A stretch of 63,742 nucleotides of DNA, the filler included, from Collodictyon triciliatum (taxonomy: Eukaryota), in NCBI GenBank assembly GCA_043381765.1. It is 7 parts of 7 records of this genome, joined end to end, with 100 filler letters (N's around TTAATTAATTAA, not from the genome) between each part and the next. Parts side by side here need not be neighbours in the genome. Positions count along the whole stretch, not along the records: positions 62,250 to 63,742 come from JBHJMP010002835.1; 6 more parts are not named here. One strand, 5' to 3'. Positions 63,636 to 63,742 of the stretch are shown here, one piece after another. A model generated the notes under the pieces. That model was not told the origin of the DNA. It saw only the letters and a program-made list of their open reading frames with translations, and made no database searches. Numbering within the stretch: the stretch's first letter is position 1; each line of letters begins with the position of its first letter. The position numbers and the translations under genes were made by a program.

Positions 63636-63742
63636 CTACGAAACACAGGCAAATTGTTCCATAAGTGTAACACCACAACATTACATACATAAAATAAAAA
63701 GTTCAAGTAAAAGAGAGCAACTTCCACGGACAGTGGTGCTAT

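Overview
AT-rich, intron-dense eukaryotic (protist-like) nuclear DNA. It is assembled from several contigs joined by N-gaps, six of which carry an artificial TTAATTAATTAA six-frame-stop linker, so adjacency across those joins may not be biological. The ORF track is mostly exon fragments, antisense shadows and microsatellite artefacts, so genes were rebuilt by hand from GT-AG junctions. Recognised genes: an HMG-box terminal exon, POMP/Ump1, a 15-exon monomeric B12-dependent (class II) ribonucleotide reductase with a mitochondrial-type presequence, an intronless orphan multipass membrane protein, a type I DnaJ, a Kelch-CUB-TM-TKL kinase-pseudocyclase receptor, a large predicted-myristoylated LRR/coiled-coil/pseudokinase, a KDM2/7-type JmjC fused to a FYR domain, an F-box fragment, LRRC9, NDUFA6, mitochondrial LysRS, a MYCBP2-type RING-Cys-relay ligase C-terminus, TIM50, Uso1/p115 and EB1. 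The code is standard (TAA, TAG and TGA all serve as stops). NDUFA6 and LRRC9 suggest an aerobic, probably flagellated organism; the taxon cannot be named from the sequence. No rRNA, tRNA, CRISPR or transposon was recognised. Best leads: a possibly mitochondrial class II RNR with one junction that may be a GG-AG intron, two unusual signalling architectures, and very degenerate splice signals. All assignments are from motif recognition, not database searches.
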